Source: Eutreptiella sp. 'Long Island Sound 2002' (Eukaryota > Protista > Euglenida). Taken from it: a stretch of DNA of 64,000 nucleotides. The DNA lies in contig OZ038378.1 in NCBI GenBank assembly GCA_964036045.1, forward strand, positions 24,862,001 to 24,926,000, given 5' to 3'. Below the pieces are notes generated by a model, which was not told the origin of the DNA, did not search any database, and was given only the letters and a program-made list of their open reading frames with translations. A program made the translations under genes and the position numbers. Below, piece after piece: positions 28,678-41,573 of this stretch; the stretch's first letter is position 1, and every line of letters starts with the position of its first letter.

Positions 28678-31600
28678 ATCCTTAACCTGTTCCACATCTT
28701 CGATGCCTCACAGGGTAAAGGTAGGAATGTTCAACAATCAACGACATCAGGGTAGACAGAAGTAGTAGTCAGGGAAAGGGTTCGGGTACAGTTACAATAA
28801 TAGGGGCTCCTGCTCCTCTCTCCAAGTAGGTAGGATACCATCCATTACGGTTTCTTCTCCTTTTCAGGTTGCGACAGAATACGATGTCGGAGGGAGATTA
28901 GGAGTCAGTCGGACGCCTCCCTGCTGGGGGGGCTCAGAGGAGAATCCATCAAGCAGGAGTTCATCTCCCTGGGGTTCCATCATGGGAATATCAGGTGGTC
29001 AATGGGGTATTCAACCTGGGGTTCTAACTGGGGTACTTACATGGGGATCAGAAGATCAAAAAGGTGGGGTACGATCAGGGTGGTATCTTGGGATCATACT
29101 GGTATTCCACCTGGGATATGATCGGGGATTCGTACTTGGGATCCATCTGGAGTACCCTCAGAACATCAATCTGGGTTCAATCAAGGGTACAAACTGTGAA
29201 GTGTCTGGGAATCAGTCACTTCATCATAGTCACTGAAAAAAAAACGCAAAGTCATGGCCTTCGGCCAGGGATCTGCTGTCACGGGGGGCTACCGGTCCTG
29301 CCCTGCGATGCAATGCGGGGCAACCGTGACAGCAGGTCGCACAACCATCACACAACCTAAATAGGAGCAGAGCTGGATGTTCAACCAGACTCATACATCG
29401 ATTCAAATGGTGGACGGGTTCCCCTCCCAGATGTCCGGGTCTGGGCTGGGGACGGATTTATCACAGGGGTCGCTGGAGGTGGAGACGGCACCGGGGTGAC
29501 CCCTGCCCCGCCGGCACACGAAGTACAGCACCGCTGGCCTCCCCCTCCTGGAGCAGCGGTACAACAATGTCGGTTTTTATTTTTTAGCAACATGTCCGCC
29601 ACACAATGTCGGACTCTGCAGATGAATCTCAGTTATGTTTCCCCCTCCTCCCCTCTCACCCATAGGATCACGGCTCTCCTCCTCCCTTCCTGCTCATATT
29701 GCATCCACAGAGGATTGGGGCTCCAGAGTGACAGTCCCATCACGATAGGGGTCCCCCTGTCATGGGGGGACCCGGAGACTTAGACCATGTGTAGGCAAAA
29801 AAGTCCCCTTAACCCCCCACACGCTCTTGACCTCTTCCCCGAATGGCTCTCCCACAATTTTTCTATTTTGTGGGGGCCGCAAGCAGCACCGCTTTGAAAA
29901 ATTTTCGTTTTTATTTTCATCTGGGACCATTATTTCTGAGTTAAAGTGTGCTGCCTGTAGGCTGGGTGCCCGGGTAGCCACGGTTCAGTTTCAGCCCTAC
30001 AAGGGGGGGAAGAGAGGACACCTGGGCAACCAAGAGGTCTGAAAGAGCGTCGTGGGTTCTAAAAATAAAAAGCTGTAAGATCCTCTCTTCCCTCCCCGCC
30101 AGGGCAACCCCCTCCTTGCCTGCCCCCAAGCTTCGGCTTCCACACATTTGACTGTGACAGGTCAGGGAGTAGATAACAACTCGAAAATTCTTATTTCTTC
30201 TGCGAGCTGCTGCACCTATTACAGACACTGGGAACAGTTTCCAGATTGCTTCTGGTTTCTCATGCGGTGATGACATAGACAGCGTCAGCCAGAAAAGTCT
30301 GTCAGCAGTCAAGGGCACGGGTTGTCACTGTGTTTGGTTTTTCTTTTGCGCGACTGCCTGATGCGGTTCTTCACACCCTTCAGGAGCCTACGGGCCTATA
30401 GCGCTCGGTTTTTCCTTACTTTCATTGTTGGTCGTCAGTTGTCTGCGTCTGCCGTTAGGCTGTTGGGAGGGCAAGGTATGGAGGTACGGGACACGAATCA
30501 GGAAAGGAGGTAACTAAGAAGTGGGGGCCGTGTGTGATTGAATCATAGTCAAGCCGTTACCATTCTGATTGTCGTGAGGTGCAGATAGTGAGTATCGGCG
30601 TCCCTGAATGACAAAAGCTGACATCACTCGCAGGGTAATTCCACCCGACAATGTCAACATCTATGACGCGCAGATAGTGAGTATCGGCGTCTGTGGAACG
30701 TGTGGGGTATGCCAGATAGAGCGCAACTGCCTGAGGCCCAAGGGCATGCAAATAGTGAGTATCGGTGCCTTTACCAGTCCCACAGAGGTAATCTTTTTGC
30801 TTTTCTCTGCACCACACATGTTCAGCCCCATGGCAACTATTTTTCTGGAGTTTGGTCACATTCAAAAAGGGGGCACCCCTACAAAACTGCGATGGCTACC
30901 CTCTCATGGGGACCCTGTAGAAGAACCGGTGGGCCTGTGGGTTCAACCAGATAGCGTCAGGGCCAGGATCATGACAATGTGTATTCTGGGCGGGTCCATT
31001 GACAACACTGTGTTGGATGAGGTCCTCAAACTGCGTCCCGATATCGAGACTAATACCTGGAGTTCCCTGGTGGGCAAGTTACCGGATGGTGCTGAGAAGG
31101 AAATCTGCCGCCAGGTTGTCAAATCCAAGAGAGTACCGGAAAGCTTCTCAAACATCTCCTCAAAATACTCCCTTTTGGATGCCATGCTGGCCACCATTGC
31201 AAAAGTCTCGGACAGACCCATGCTTACCGAGTGGAGCACTGCACGTCTCAATGCCAAGTCCGAACTTCGCTCTATCTGGTCAGCCTTTTACAAGGAAATT
31301 TTTAGCGAATCCGACGCTCTCTCAGAAGCTCCAGATCAACCCACACACGTGGTCCCACAGGAATTGGATTCGGAGTCCGCTGATGTCTTGGGTGCCATCT
31401 CCCTGGTCAACACCGTTGATGATCTTATGATCAATGAGGAAGATAAACTTCAGTCCTTGGTTGCTGAGATGTACAGTGAGGATGTTCGTGTTGAAGTTTT
31501 GCTGTTGGCAGCCTCGGGAATCAGGAGTAATATTTTGTTGAGGTTGAAGTCAGCCACACCGGTTGAGGGCAGGTTCTGGAAGGGTGTCATGGTAGCGTTG

Positions 31601-34600
31601 CTCAAGTGGATGCGTCCTCTTAGGCAGGCAGAAGAGGAAGGGCATCGCCTGCAGGCCAAACTAACTGCAGAGGCTAATAGAAAACGCAACGTTATTTCAA
31701 GTCATTCTTCAGGAGCAGATGCGTCCAAGCCCTCTTCGTCCAAACCAAAAAACTCCAAGAAACCGCGGGTAGAGGGAGTAGTCAGGGCACTGACGCTGGA
31801 TGAAACGGCTTCCACTGCACAGGGCAGTAACTCCTCTGAGCCACGGCAGGCTAGTGCCCCCATCTCTGATAATGATGCACCGCCGGTACAGCAATGGCAG
31901 GCTGGGTCTGGGCTGGGTAAAGTTATTGTTGAGAAGTCGCAGTCCACCACGGATCGTTTGAAACCCATTCTGCTCACTGGGTTTGAACATACTGATGCCC
32001 TTGACTCCTTTCTGGGCTGTGAAGCTGCCTTCGGTCAGTTGTCTCTCGACTACAGAGTCTATCGGGACATGCTTTCCCAATTTGGTGAGGTTGTCATGTT
32101 TGTTCCGTCCAGCAGGCTAGATCCCATCCTGGGAGGTAAGTACCGCGACAGCTTGCACATCAGAGCATCCAGGGACCCATTGGGCCGCTCAGACCTCATT
32201 GAGGTGAAGGAATTGCAACTGGTTGAAGGACTGCGAAAAATTGGCTCTCATATTCCTCAGCCTGCGCCTGCCAAACAGGCTCATGTGAGTACACCTGTTT
32301 CAGGTCTGTTTCTCTCGCCATCTAAAATGCGATCCCTGGTGTGGTGTCTGTTTCCGCCCTTCTCCCCCTCTCATGCCTTCATATCCATGTGGGGTTGGGG
32401 CTTTCAACGGGAGTTAGGGAGGACCCTTAGATTCCATTCTCCCCCGCCTGGAATGCCTGATGAACTGAGGGAGGTTGTGTCTGCTCACGCCATCCGGGGT
32501 CTGTCCAGAGTTTACGATGCCGCAGTAAAATCCACTGTGATAGGAGAGGATGACGACTCGCCGGAACACTGGGTCTCGGCTAAGGAGTGTGTCGAACTAG
32601 CAGTGAAACACAGAGATCATAGGTTCTACGACGTGTGTGAATGGGCGGCTGAGGAGTTTTCCAAACGCAAAACGCTTACCGAGGACAACAAAGTGCGTAA
32701 GAAGCTAAAAACGGGGGACTACTCTAAAGTGTCCTCAATTGCCCTAGGTCTTGACGCATCGTGGGGTCGGTTGGCCAGTGACGGGGTTCCCCCTACTACT
32801 GTCGAGCGCTGTGACGCTCGACACCATCGGGTATTGATCTGTGGTGATCGGAAAGTGTCGGTTTGCCGCATCATGAGTCCTCAATGGACAGGCTTCACTA
32901 AGAAGGTAGAAACGGTGGGGTCCAGACATGTGGCTCTGCTCGGTGTTCCCTCCTCACCTTCGGATGCTACCCTCGTAAGGTCAGCAACCATGGCGTGTGG
33001 CGATACTAAATTTCACATGTGTACCAATGCAGTTGTTTTGGGCAGGATGGGCCTGTTGGCGGCTCCAGTCCCTGTGAATTTTGTTGAACCGGAGTGTGTT
33101 CTTCCCCTTTGGGTCGTGGTCCATTCTTTACAATGGGGAAGACAGCACCAAGTGCTAGTCAAGTCAGGAAAGGCAGTGGCAAGACACCGCAATAAGATTG
33201 TGGATGACACCATTGGGTGGTGGCAGGATGTCTGCAGAGTGAGTGACTGAGTAAGATCCTCGGTCTCGGGGATGGCGGACCGAGAAAGGTCTGTGTCGGT
33301 GTGTCCCGCATGAATGTGTCACGATGTTACATGTCTGGCTCAATTGGAACCCCCCTCAGTGGTCGTTACAGTACTATGAAGTGCAAGCGTTGTGCTCCAT
33401 TCCTATTCCTGAGTCTGCCACCAGTGTCGCGTTGAAGTGCGGCTGCTTGTCTGCTAATGTTCAGGGGTTAAATAGGTCGGTTGAAATACACAGGACCAAG
33501 TGGGATGAAGTGGTTGAGATGTGTGTCACCTCAGATGCCAGGGTGCTGTTCATTCAAGAAACCTAGGGCTCAGTGAAAAAGCTAGACAGGCGACACATTG
33601 ATGGCTTTTGGCATCGCTCCTCTGCTCACTGCGATGTTGGTAAAGGCTTAGAAGTCTGGGTTTTGTCATCCTGGGCACAGTTCAAAACTGTTCTTCTGAA
33701 TGCTGATCACTCTTTTCTTGTGGTGGTTCACAATGCCTGGGGTTTGGGGGTCCTTGGTAGCGTCCACATGGCACAGAGGTCTGACGAACTGTTATACAAT
33801 CAACAGTTGGTGCATCTGATTTTCGGTCTCCAACAGCTACCGGTGTCGTGGCTCATGGTAGGGGGTGACTGGAATAGGGACATCCGCACACATAAATTGT
33901 CAGTTGCCCTTCTTAAGTTTCTGGGTGCCAGAGTCGCGTTCATGCAGGGGAGGGTTCATCTTCCCAAGGACTTTTGCATTCTAAAAGGGGTCTCAGGGCA
34001 ATCATGCGGTATGTGGCTGAGAGAGGTTGGCGACCACCCAGTTGTTTGGATTCATGGGTGTCAGACAGCAAAGGCAGGAGCCACAGGATCTTTGATGCGC
34101 CCAGTTGAACCTCGCAATTGGGACCATGACAGCAGAGTGATTTTTTCCAATCTCATGGAAGCCATGAGTCTCGGCATCAGTGATGCGTCTAGCTGGCTGC
34201 AGGCCTATAGAGAGTGTATCACAGTCGTCAACCATGTGGTGAGTAGTCCTAAATCTGAAGAGGTCCACTCAGAGCTGAAATCAATAGTTGCGTCTCTCAA
34301 GGCCATTACAGGCGGCTAGGGCTGGAGAGTGCAACGCTCCCTAGAGTTCAGATTGTCCTCCAAATACTGGTATACGGCGATTAGTGACTGGAAAGCTGTG
34401 TCAGGAACAGGTCTCACGGGGCGAACCATGAAGGTGCTGAAGTTACAGGCAGCAAACCCGTTCATTGCATTACATCAGGTAACGGACAGTTCCTCTCAAT
34501 CTCTGATGACGGGTAGGGACATCCTGCAGGTGTTGCTTAGGGAGTGTGTCCTGAAATACCCTGTGCGTTCCACTATTGTTCCTCCTGAGTGGGTTCAGTC

Positions 34601-37600
34601 TGTCATGCGCCACAGGTATGTGCTGCACCTCACCCCTGTTGCAATCGAGGCCCGCAGGTATCTGATTCTCTCGCAAGAGATGCAGGTCACAATAGAGTCC
34701 CTGTTGCGCATCCGGCACAAACTGACCAGTGCGACGGCAGGGGTTGATGGTTTTATACCAAATCTAGTGAAATGGATGGGGCTGGCGTCCCTCTTCCGAG
34801 TGACTCAGATACTCAGACTTCCTTTTGGTCAGTGGCCTTTGGAGGTTTTCTCGGCTCTTCACCTTACCCTGAAAAAATCTGCGGGTGACAATGCCAATGT
34901 CAATACTAGGCCTATTAAACTTAACTCCGCCCTGTTTCGCATACAGGCTAAACTGTATGCCCCTTTGATTCAGCTGGCCACAGCACCAAGTGAGTTAGGT
35001 TGTAGACAGTATGCAGGGTTTAAAGGGTCTTCCGCACATGCTGTGCGCCGCATGCTACACACAGTGATCACCCAATCCCTGGCGGTGCGTGGTGATGTTC
35101 TGACGATGTTTCTGGATTTCTCTGGTGCCTTTGATGAAATCAACAGGCAAGCCATTCTGAGGGTTGCTGATATATATCCGTTTTTACGTGGAGTTGTGCA
35201 TGAAGTGGTTCATCATTACATGTCCTTCAAGCAATACGTGGTTTCTGCCTTGGGCCTATCAGAGTCATATTGTCAAGTGGAGGGTGTCCTTCAAGGGGGG
35301 GGTTTGGATCCACTTTTTTACATACTTGCGGTTAATTTGATACATCTTGCCATGCGTCAACTGGGGGTTGGAGTTCCGGTATGTGTTCCCCCCTTGGTAG
35401 AAATGATTGCTTCTCTGGGCTATGTTGACGACACAGTGGGGTTTTCTAGCATAGACGCCAGACAGCGAGTGGCCGACCACCTTCGTGTTATCATTGACTC
35501 CGTCGGACAACGCAACAATAGCTCCTAAATGAACGTTCAAGTACTTCAGATCAAGCAAGGTTCGGTCTGCAGTGTCAGCAAATCGGTCGTCTGGGACGAC
35601 AAGCCAGTGTGGTCCACCAGTAGGCACCAACACATAAAATTCCTGGGGGGAAACGCTAATATTCTAGGAGGGTTCCCTACCATCAAAAAAGTCATTACAA
35701 GGTGGTCTCGAACGCTCATCAGCAGGCTGCGAGGGTGGCCCGTGTCAGTGGGTGTGGCACACACTGTGATAGAAGGACTTGTAGTCAACAGGCTTGTGTT
35801 TCGCTGCTGTGTGAATGTGCCAACGGAAGTGCAAATCAGTTCAGTGACAGGGTCCATATGCAGAGTATACAGACTGGTCTTTGGGTTGGCTCCCAATACT
35901 CCACGTGCCTGCATAGTTTCCATTCTAGGAAGAGCTGCCCCAGATCATGTCCTTTGGGTCACAGTCATCAATGAACTGTTTAAGTCTCTAAATGGGCCCA
36001 ACGCCGTGCTGGCCCAATCTGTGTGGGCACACTGGTCGAACCCGTGCCTACATCGCTTTGACAGCGACTCTCAGCGCGATCAGTCCAGGCTCCAAAGCTT
36101 GGGCATTCAGTTTCGCAAACTCGGGTCAGGTCAAGGGGCTAAGTGGTGTGTGAAACCGCCTCGGGGGGTTGCTTTTCCTACGGTTTTGTATGTTTTTGGT
36201 GATGCAAGCCTCAAGGATTGCTGGGGGGGAGCGGCAAAAGTTGTGGACAGTCAGGGCCATGTGTGGCTGGAGTACAGTGTATCCCTCTCTGCTATTGGTC
36301 TCAGCACCAAGTTGGTAGAAGCCTCTGTTGTTGTCTCTGCGGTAATTGCCATTGCCGAATTTGTCTCCTCCCATGGCGTGTGCTTAAAAGAAATTTGGGT
36401 GTGGTCTTACTGTTTGTCAGCAGTGCAGTCTTTGCAGTCCAAAGACATGACGGACAAAACTGCATCAATCATGGACAGGGTTGTCGCGCACTTTGTCTTG
36501 ACGCATCTTCCCGTTCAGATGGGTTGGGTGCCAGCACAGCACGATACGGAACTTGATGACTGGATATCATCGTTCAACTCAAAAATGGACACTGAAGCGA
36601 AAGCTGGTGCGCGCGGTGAGCGTCGGGAGGTCTCAGTTCTTGATGTGTGGCTAGATAGAGATTCCATTCTTCCATTCCAAGGTGACAGATTGATAGTCGA
36701 CCTCAAGCGACATCTGCTTAGTCAATCTGATGATGCTCTCCTCAGCGTCTCTTCCTCCCGCTCACCCACCCCTCCGGAGAGATCATGGCGCATGGTGCTA
36801 CCCGAATCGGTCTCGGGGCTCAAGTGCTGGGTGCAGCTGCAGCCATTAGGAATAGAGCATTGGCGACGCATAAGGGCTTGGAGTGTGTATGCGTCCGCAG
36901 ACCAGTGGGAGTGGCAACACAGAGAAGCGGAATGCTCACTGTGCTCCATGTGGTGTCACTCGGTAACACATCATAGATTCCACGAATGCGTATTTACTAA
37001 AGTGCGGGTTCTTGCATGGTCTGGACATGTCTGCGAAATTCTGCGTGCTACGGGCATTCCCCGTGATCGTATCACTCTTCGATGGGGGGGTGTTGATATT
37101 TTGGGACATCCGGGTCTGTTCATTGTCTGGTGTCATCCTGCGAAGGGTGCTGCCATATCTGATTCCTCAAAATCAATAAAGCCTGTGTGGCTCATATGGC
37201 TGGGGTTAGGCCCAATGAGGGGTATTTCGCTGGTTCTCTCCAAATTAGGTATCATTCAACCGCATATCCTTATATATCAAATCCTAGAGTGCGGGTATTC
37301 CATGGTTCACGGTGGGTACGATACAGATAATGTTCGACTTCTGTGCCCTCTGTTTCATTCTCAGTGGACAGCAAGAATGAACTCTGGTATGCTTCTGGGG
37401 TTTCAGACGCAAGCTGCACATCCGGGGAGACACACTCCCTCCAACCTGCTCTGGGTTCTTTTCTCGTCTATCAGGGGGAAAGCATACGTAGGGCATGTTC
37501 CGGTGAGTTGCAAGGGGAGAATTAAGATGACGGTCTGGCACTCGAAAGTCCCCTCCGTGTGGATCAGCGAGTGCCAAGGGAACCTTCATTCTGTCGTCAA

Positions 37601-38209
37601 AGAGGCAATGAGGAGACGACTGGGGGGGGAGGGTGTGTATTGGTGCCTCCTGGATGTGCAATGGCCATGGGAGGGGCTTCGCCAGGATTCGGGACTCCAG
37701 CTGTGGCATTTTATGGTGCGGACAAAGAAGTCGTGTCTGTCACTGGGGTGGGTTATTTCTGATGCCTCTCACTCCCGTGGTGTTCCCCCGCCTGTGCTCA
37801 AACCTGTTCTAGACATGCAAATTTGGTAACCGTCTCTCTTCGGGACGTGCGAACAGGTGTCAGCCAGATTCTGGGAGGCACAGAATGACATCGGCTCCCA
37901 GCACGACTTATGGGTCACACCACTATGCCTATTCTGGGTCTAAGGGAAGCAAAGGAGGATCCATGGGTAAGCACGGTGGCAAAGGCAGGGGGAAACACAT
38001 GTACTAAGTCGATGCATCACGTGCCTGGTACTACAGAAGAGTGTGGCCTGAGTCGACAGTCACATCCTTGCTAAGTCACATTCGTTCAAAGATTTGATTT
38101 GCTTTGTGTTCGGTGTGTGGGTAGTAGGGGAGGCTTGCTGTGGAACTCAGAAGGGGACTGGTCCGAACCCACACAAAGCGGATTTTTCAAATCAAATCAA
38201 ATCAAATCA
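28678..38209 (+). mobile_element. Family A copy A3 (most divergent coding region by eye)
   Basis: Full 5' end and (CAAAT)4CA end. Confidence 0.95.
30608..37829 (+). pseudogene. Family A polyprotein, copy A3, disrupted
   Basis: +4 GAGT duplication near 33240, TAG 33564, TAG 34317, TAA 35526. Confidence 0.9.
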
Positions 38210-38467
38210 TGTATGTATGTATGTATGTATGTATGTATGTATGTATGTATGTATGTATGTATGTATGTATGTATGTATGTATGTATGTATGTATGTATGT
38301 ATGTATGTATGTATGTATGTATGTATGTATGTATGTATGTATGTATGTATGTATGTATGTATGTATGTATGTATGTATGTATGTATGTATGTATGTATGT
38401 ATGTATGTATGTATGTATGTATGTATGTATGTATGTATGTAGGTATGTATGTATGTATGTATGTATG

Positions 38468-38497
<30 letters not shown>
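38210..38497. repeat. (TGTA)72 spacer
   Basis: 288 bp with one GGTA variant unit. Confidence 0.97.
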
Positions 38498-38498
<1 letters not shown>

Positions 38499-41400
38499 TC
38501 CTTAACCTGTTCCACATCTTCGATGCCTCACAGGGTAAAGGTAGGAATGTTCAACAATCAACGACATCAGGGTAGACAGAAGTAGTAGTCAGGGAAAGGG
38601 TTCGGGTACAGTTACAATAATAGGGGCTCCTGCTCCTCTCTCCAAGTAGGTAGGATACCATCCATTACGGTTTCTTCTCCTTTTCAGGTTGCGACAGAAT
38701 ACGATGTCGGAGGGAGATTAGGAGTCAGTCGGACGCCTCCCTGCTGGGGGGGCTCAGAGGAGAATCCATCAAGCAGGAGTTCATCTCCCTGGGGTTCCAT
38801 CATGGGAATATCAGGTGGTCAATGGGGTATTCAACCTGGGGTTCTAACTGGGGTACTTACATGGGGATCAGAAGATCAAAAAGGTGGGGTACGATCAGGG
38901 TGGTATCTTGGGATCATACTGGTATTCCACCTGGGATATGATCGGGGATTCGTACTTGGGATCCATCTGGAGCACCCTAAGAACAACAATCCGGGTTCAA
39001 TCAGGGGTACAAACTGTGAAGTGTCTGGGAATCAGTCACTTCATCATAGTCACCGAAATAAAGCTGCAAAGTCATGGCCTTCGGCCAGGGATCTGCTGTC
39101 ACGGGGGGCTACCGGTCCTGCCCTGCGATGCAATGCGGGGCAACCGTGACAGCAGGTCGCACAACCATCACACAACCTAAAGAGGAGCAGAGCTGGATGT
39201 TCAACCAGACTCATACATCGATTCAAATGGTGGACGGGTTCCCCTCCCAGATGTCCGGGTCTGGGCTGGGGACGGATTTATCACAGGGGTCGCTGGAGGT
39301 GGAGACGGCACCGGGGTGACCCCTGCCCCGCCGGCAGACGAAGTACAGCACCGCTGGCCTCCCCCTCCGGGAGCAGCGGTACAACAATGTCGGTTTTTAT
39401 TTTGTAGCAACATGTCCGCCACACAATGTCGGACTCTGCAGATGAATCTCAGTTATGTTACCCCCTCCTCCCCTTTCACCCATAGGATCACGGGACTCCT
39501 CCTCCCTTCCTGCTCATTTTGCATCCACAGAGGACTGGGGCTCCAGAGAGTCAGTTCCATCACGATAGAGGTCCCCCTGTCATGGGGGGACCCGGAGACT
39601 TAGACCATGTGTAGGCAGAAATGTCCCCTTAACCCCCCACACGCTCTTGACCTCTTCCCAGAGTGAGTATCTCACAATTTTATTTTTTTTATTTTCTGGG
39701 GGCCGCAGGCAGCGCTGCTTTGAAAAATTTTCGTTTTTATTTTCATCTGGGACCATTATTTCTGAGTTAAAGTGTGCTGCCTGTAGGCTGGGTGCCCGGG
39801 TAGCCAGGGTTCAGTTTCAGCCCTACAGGGGGGGGAAGAGAGGACACCTGGGCAACCAAGAGGTCTGAAAGAGCGTCGTGGGTTCTAAAAATAAAAAGCT
39901 GTAAGATCCTCTCTGCCCTCCCCGCCAGGGCAACCCCCTCCTTGCCTGCCCCCAAGCTTCGGCTTCCACACATTTGACTGTGACAGGTCAGGGAGTAGAT
40001 AACAGCTCGGAAAATCTTATTTCTTCTGCGAGCTGCTGCCCCTGTTACAGACACTGGGAACAGTTACCAGATTGCTTCTGGTTTCTCATGCGGTGATGAA
40101 ATAGACAGCGTCAGCCAGAAAAGTGTGTCGGCAGTCAAGGGCACGGGTTGTCACTGTGTTTGGTTTTTCTTTTGCGCGACTGCCTGATGCGGTTCTTCAC
40201 ACCCTTCAGGAGCCTACGGGCCTATAGCGCTTGGTTTTTCCTCACTTTCATTGTTGGTCGTCAGTTGTCTGCGTCCGCCGTTAGGCTGTTGGGAGGGCAA
40301 GGTATGGAGGTATGGGACACGAATCAGGAAAGGAGGTAACTAGGAAGTGAGGGCCGTGTGTGATTGAATCATGGTCAAGCCGTTACCATTCTGATTTGTC
40401 GTGACGTGCATATAGTGAGTATCGACGTCCCTGAATGACAAAAGCTGACATCACTTGCAGGGTAATTCCACCCGACAATGACAGCATCTATGACGCGCAG
40501 ATAGTGAGTATCGGCGTGTGTGGGAAGTGTGGGGTATGCCAAACAGAGCGAAACTGCCTGAGGCCCAGGGGCATGCAGATAGTGAGTATCGGTGCCTGTA
40601 CCAGTCCCACAGAGGTAATCTTTTTGGTTTTCTCTCCACTCCACATGTTCAGCCCCATGACAACTATTTCTCTCGAGTTTGGTCACATTCAAAAAGGGGG
40701 CACCCCTACAAAATTGCGATGGCTACCCTCTCATGGGGACCCTGTAGAAGAACCGGTGGGCCTGTGGGTTCAACCAGACAGCGTCAGGGCCAGGATCATG
40801 ACAATGTGTATTTTGGCCAGGTCCATTGACAACACTGTGTTGGATGAGGTCCTCAAACTGCGTCCCGATATCGAGACTAATACCTGGAGTTCCCTGGTGG
40901 GCAAATTACCGGATGGTGCTGAGAAGGACATCTGCCGCCAGGTTGTCAAATCCAAGAGAGTACCGGAAAGCTTCTCAAACATCTCCTCAAAATACTCCCT
41001 TTTGGATGCCATGGTGGCCACCATTGCAAAAGTCTCAGACAGACCCATGCTTACCGAATGGAGCACTGCACGTCTCAATGCCAAGTCCGAACTTCGCTCT
41101 ATCTGGTCAGCCTTTTACAAGGAAATTTTTAGTGAATCCAACGCTCTCTCATAAGCTCCAGATCAACCCACAGACGTAGTCCCACAGGAACAGGGTTCGG
41201 AGTCCGCTGATGTCTTGGGTGCCATCTCCCTGGTCAACACCGTTGATGATCTTTCGAACAATGAGGAAGATAAACTTCAGTCCTTGGTTGCTGAGATGTA
41301 CAGTGAGGATGTTCCTGTTGAAGTTTTGCTATTGGCAGCCTCGGGGATCAGGAGTAATATTTTGTTGAGGTTGAAGTCAGCCACACCGGTTGAGGGCAGG

Positions 41401-41573
41401 TTCTGGAAGGGTGTCATGGTAGCGTTGCTCAAGTGGATGCGTCCTCTTAGGCATGCAGAAGAGGAAGGGCATCGCCTGCAGGCCAAACTAGCTGCAGAGG
41501 CTAATAGAAAACGCAACGTTATTTCCAGTCCTTCTTCAGATGCACATGCGTCCAAGCCCTCTCCGTCCAAGCC

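Noticed and set aside
28408-28755. ORFs reading MYVCMYVC, YIHTYIHT or IYIYIY (also near 5300, 9550, 19150, 38200, 57450)
   Set aside because: Translations of stop-free microsatellites.
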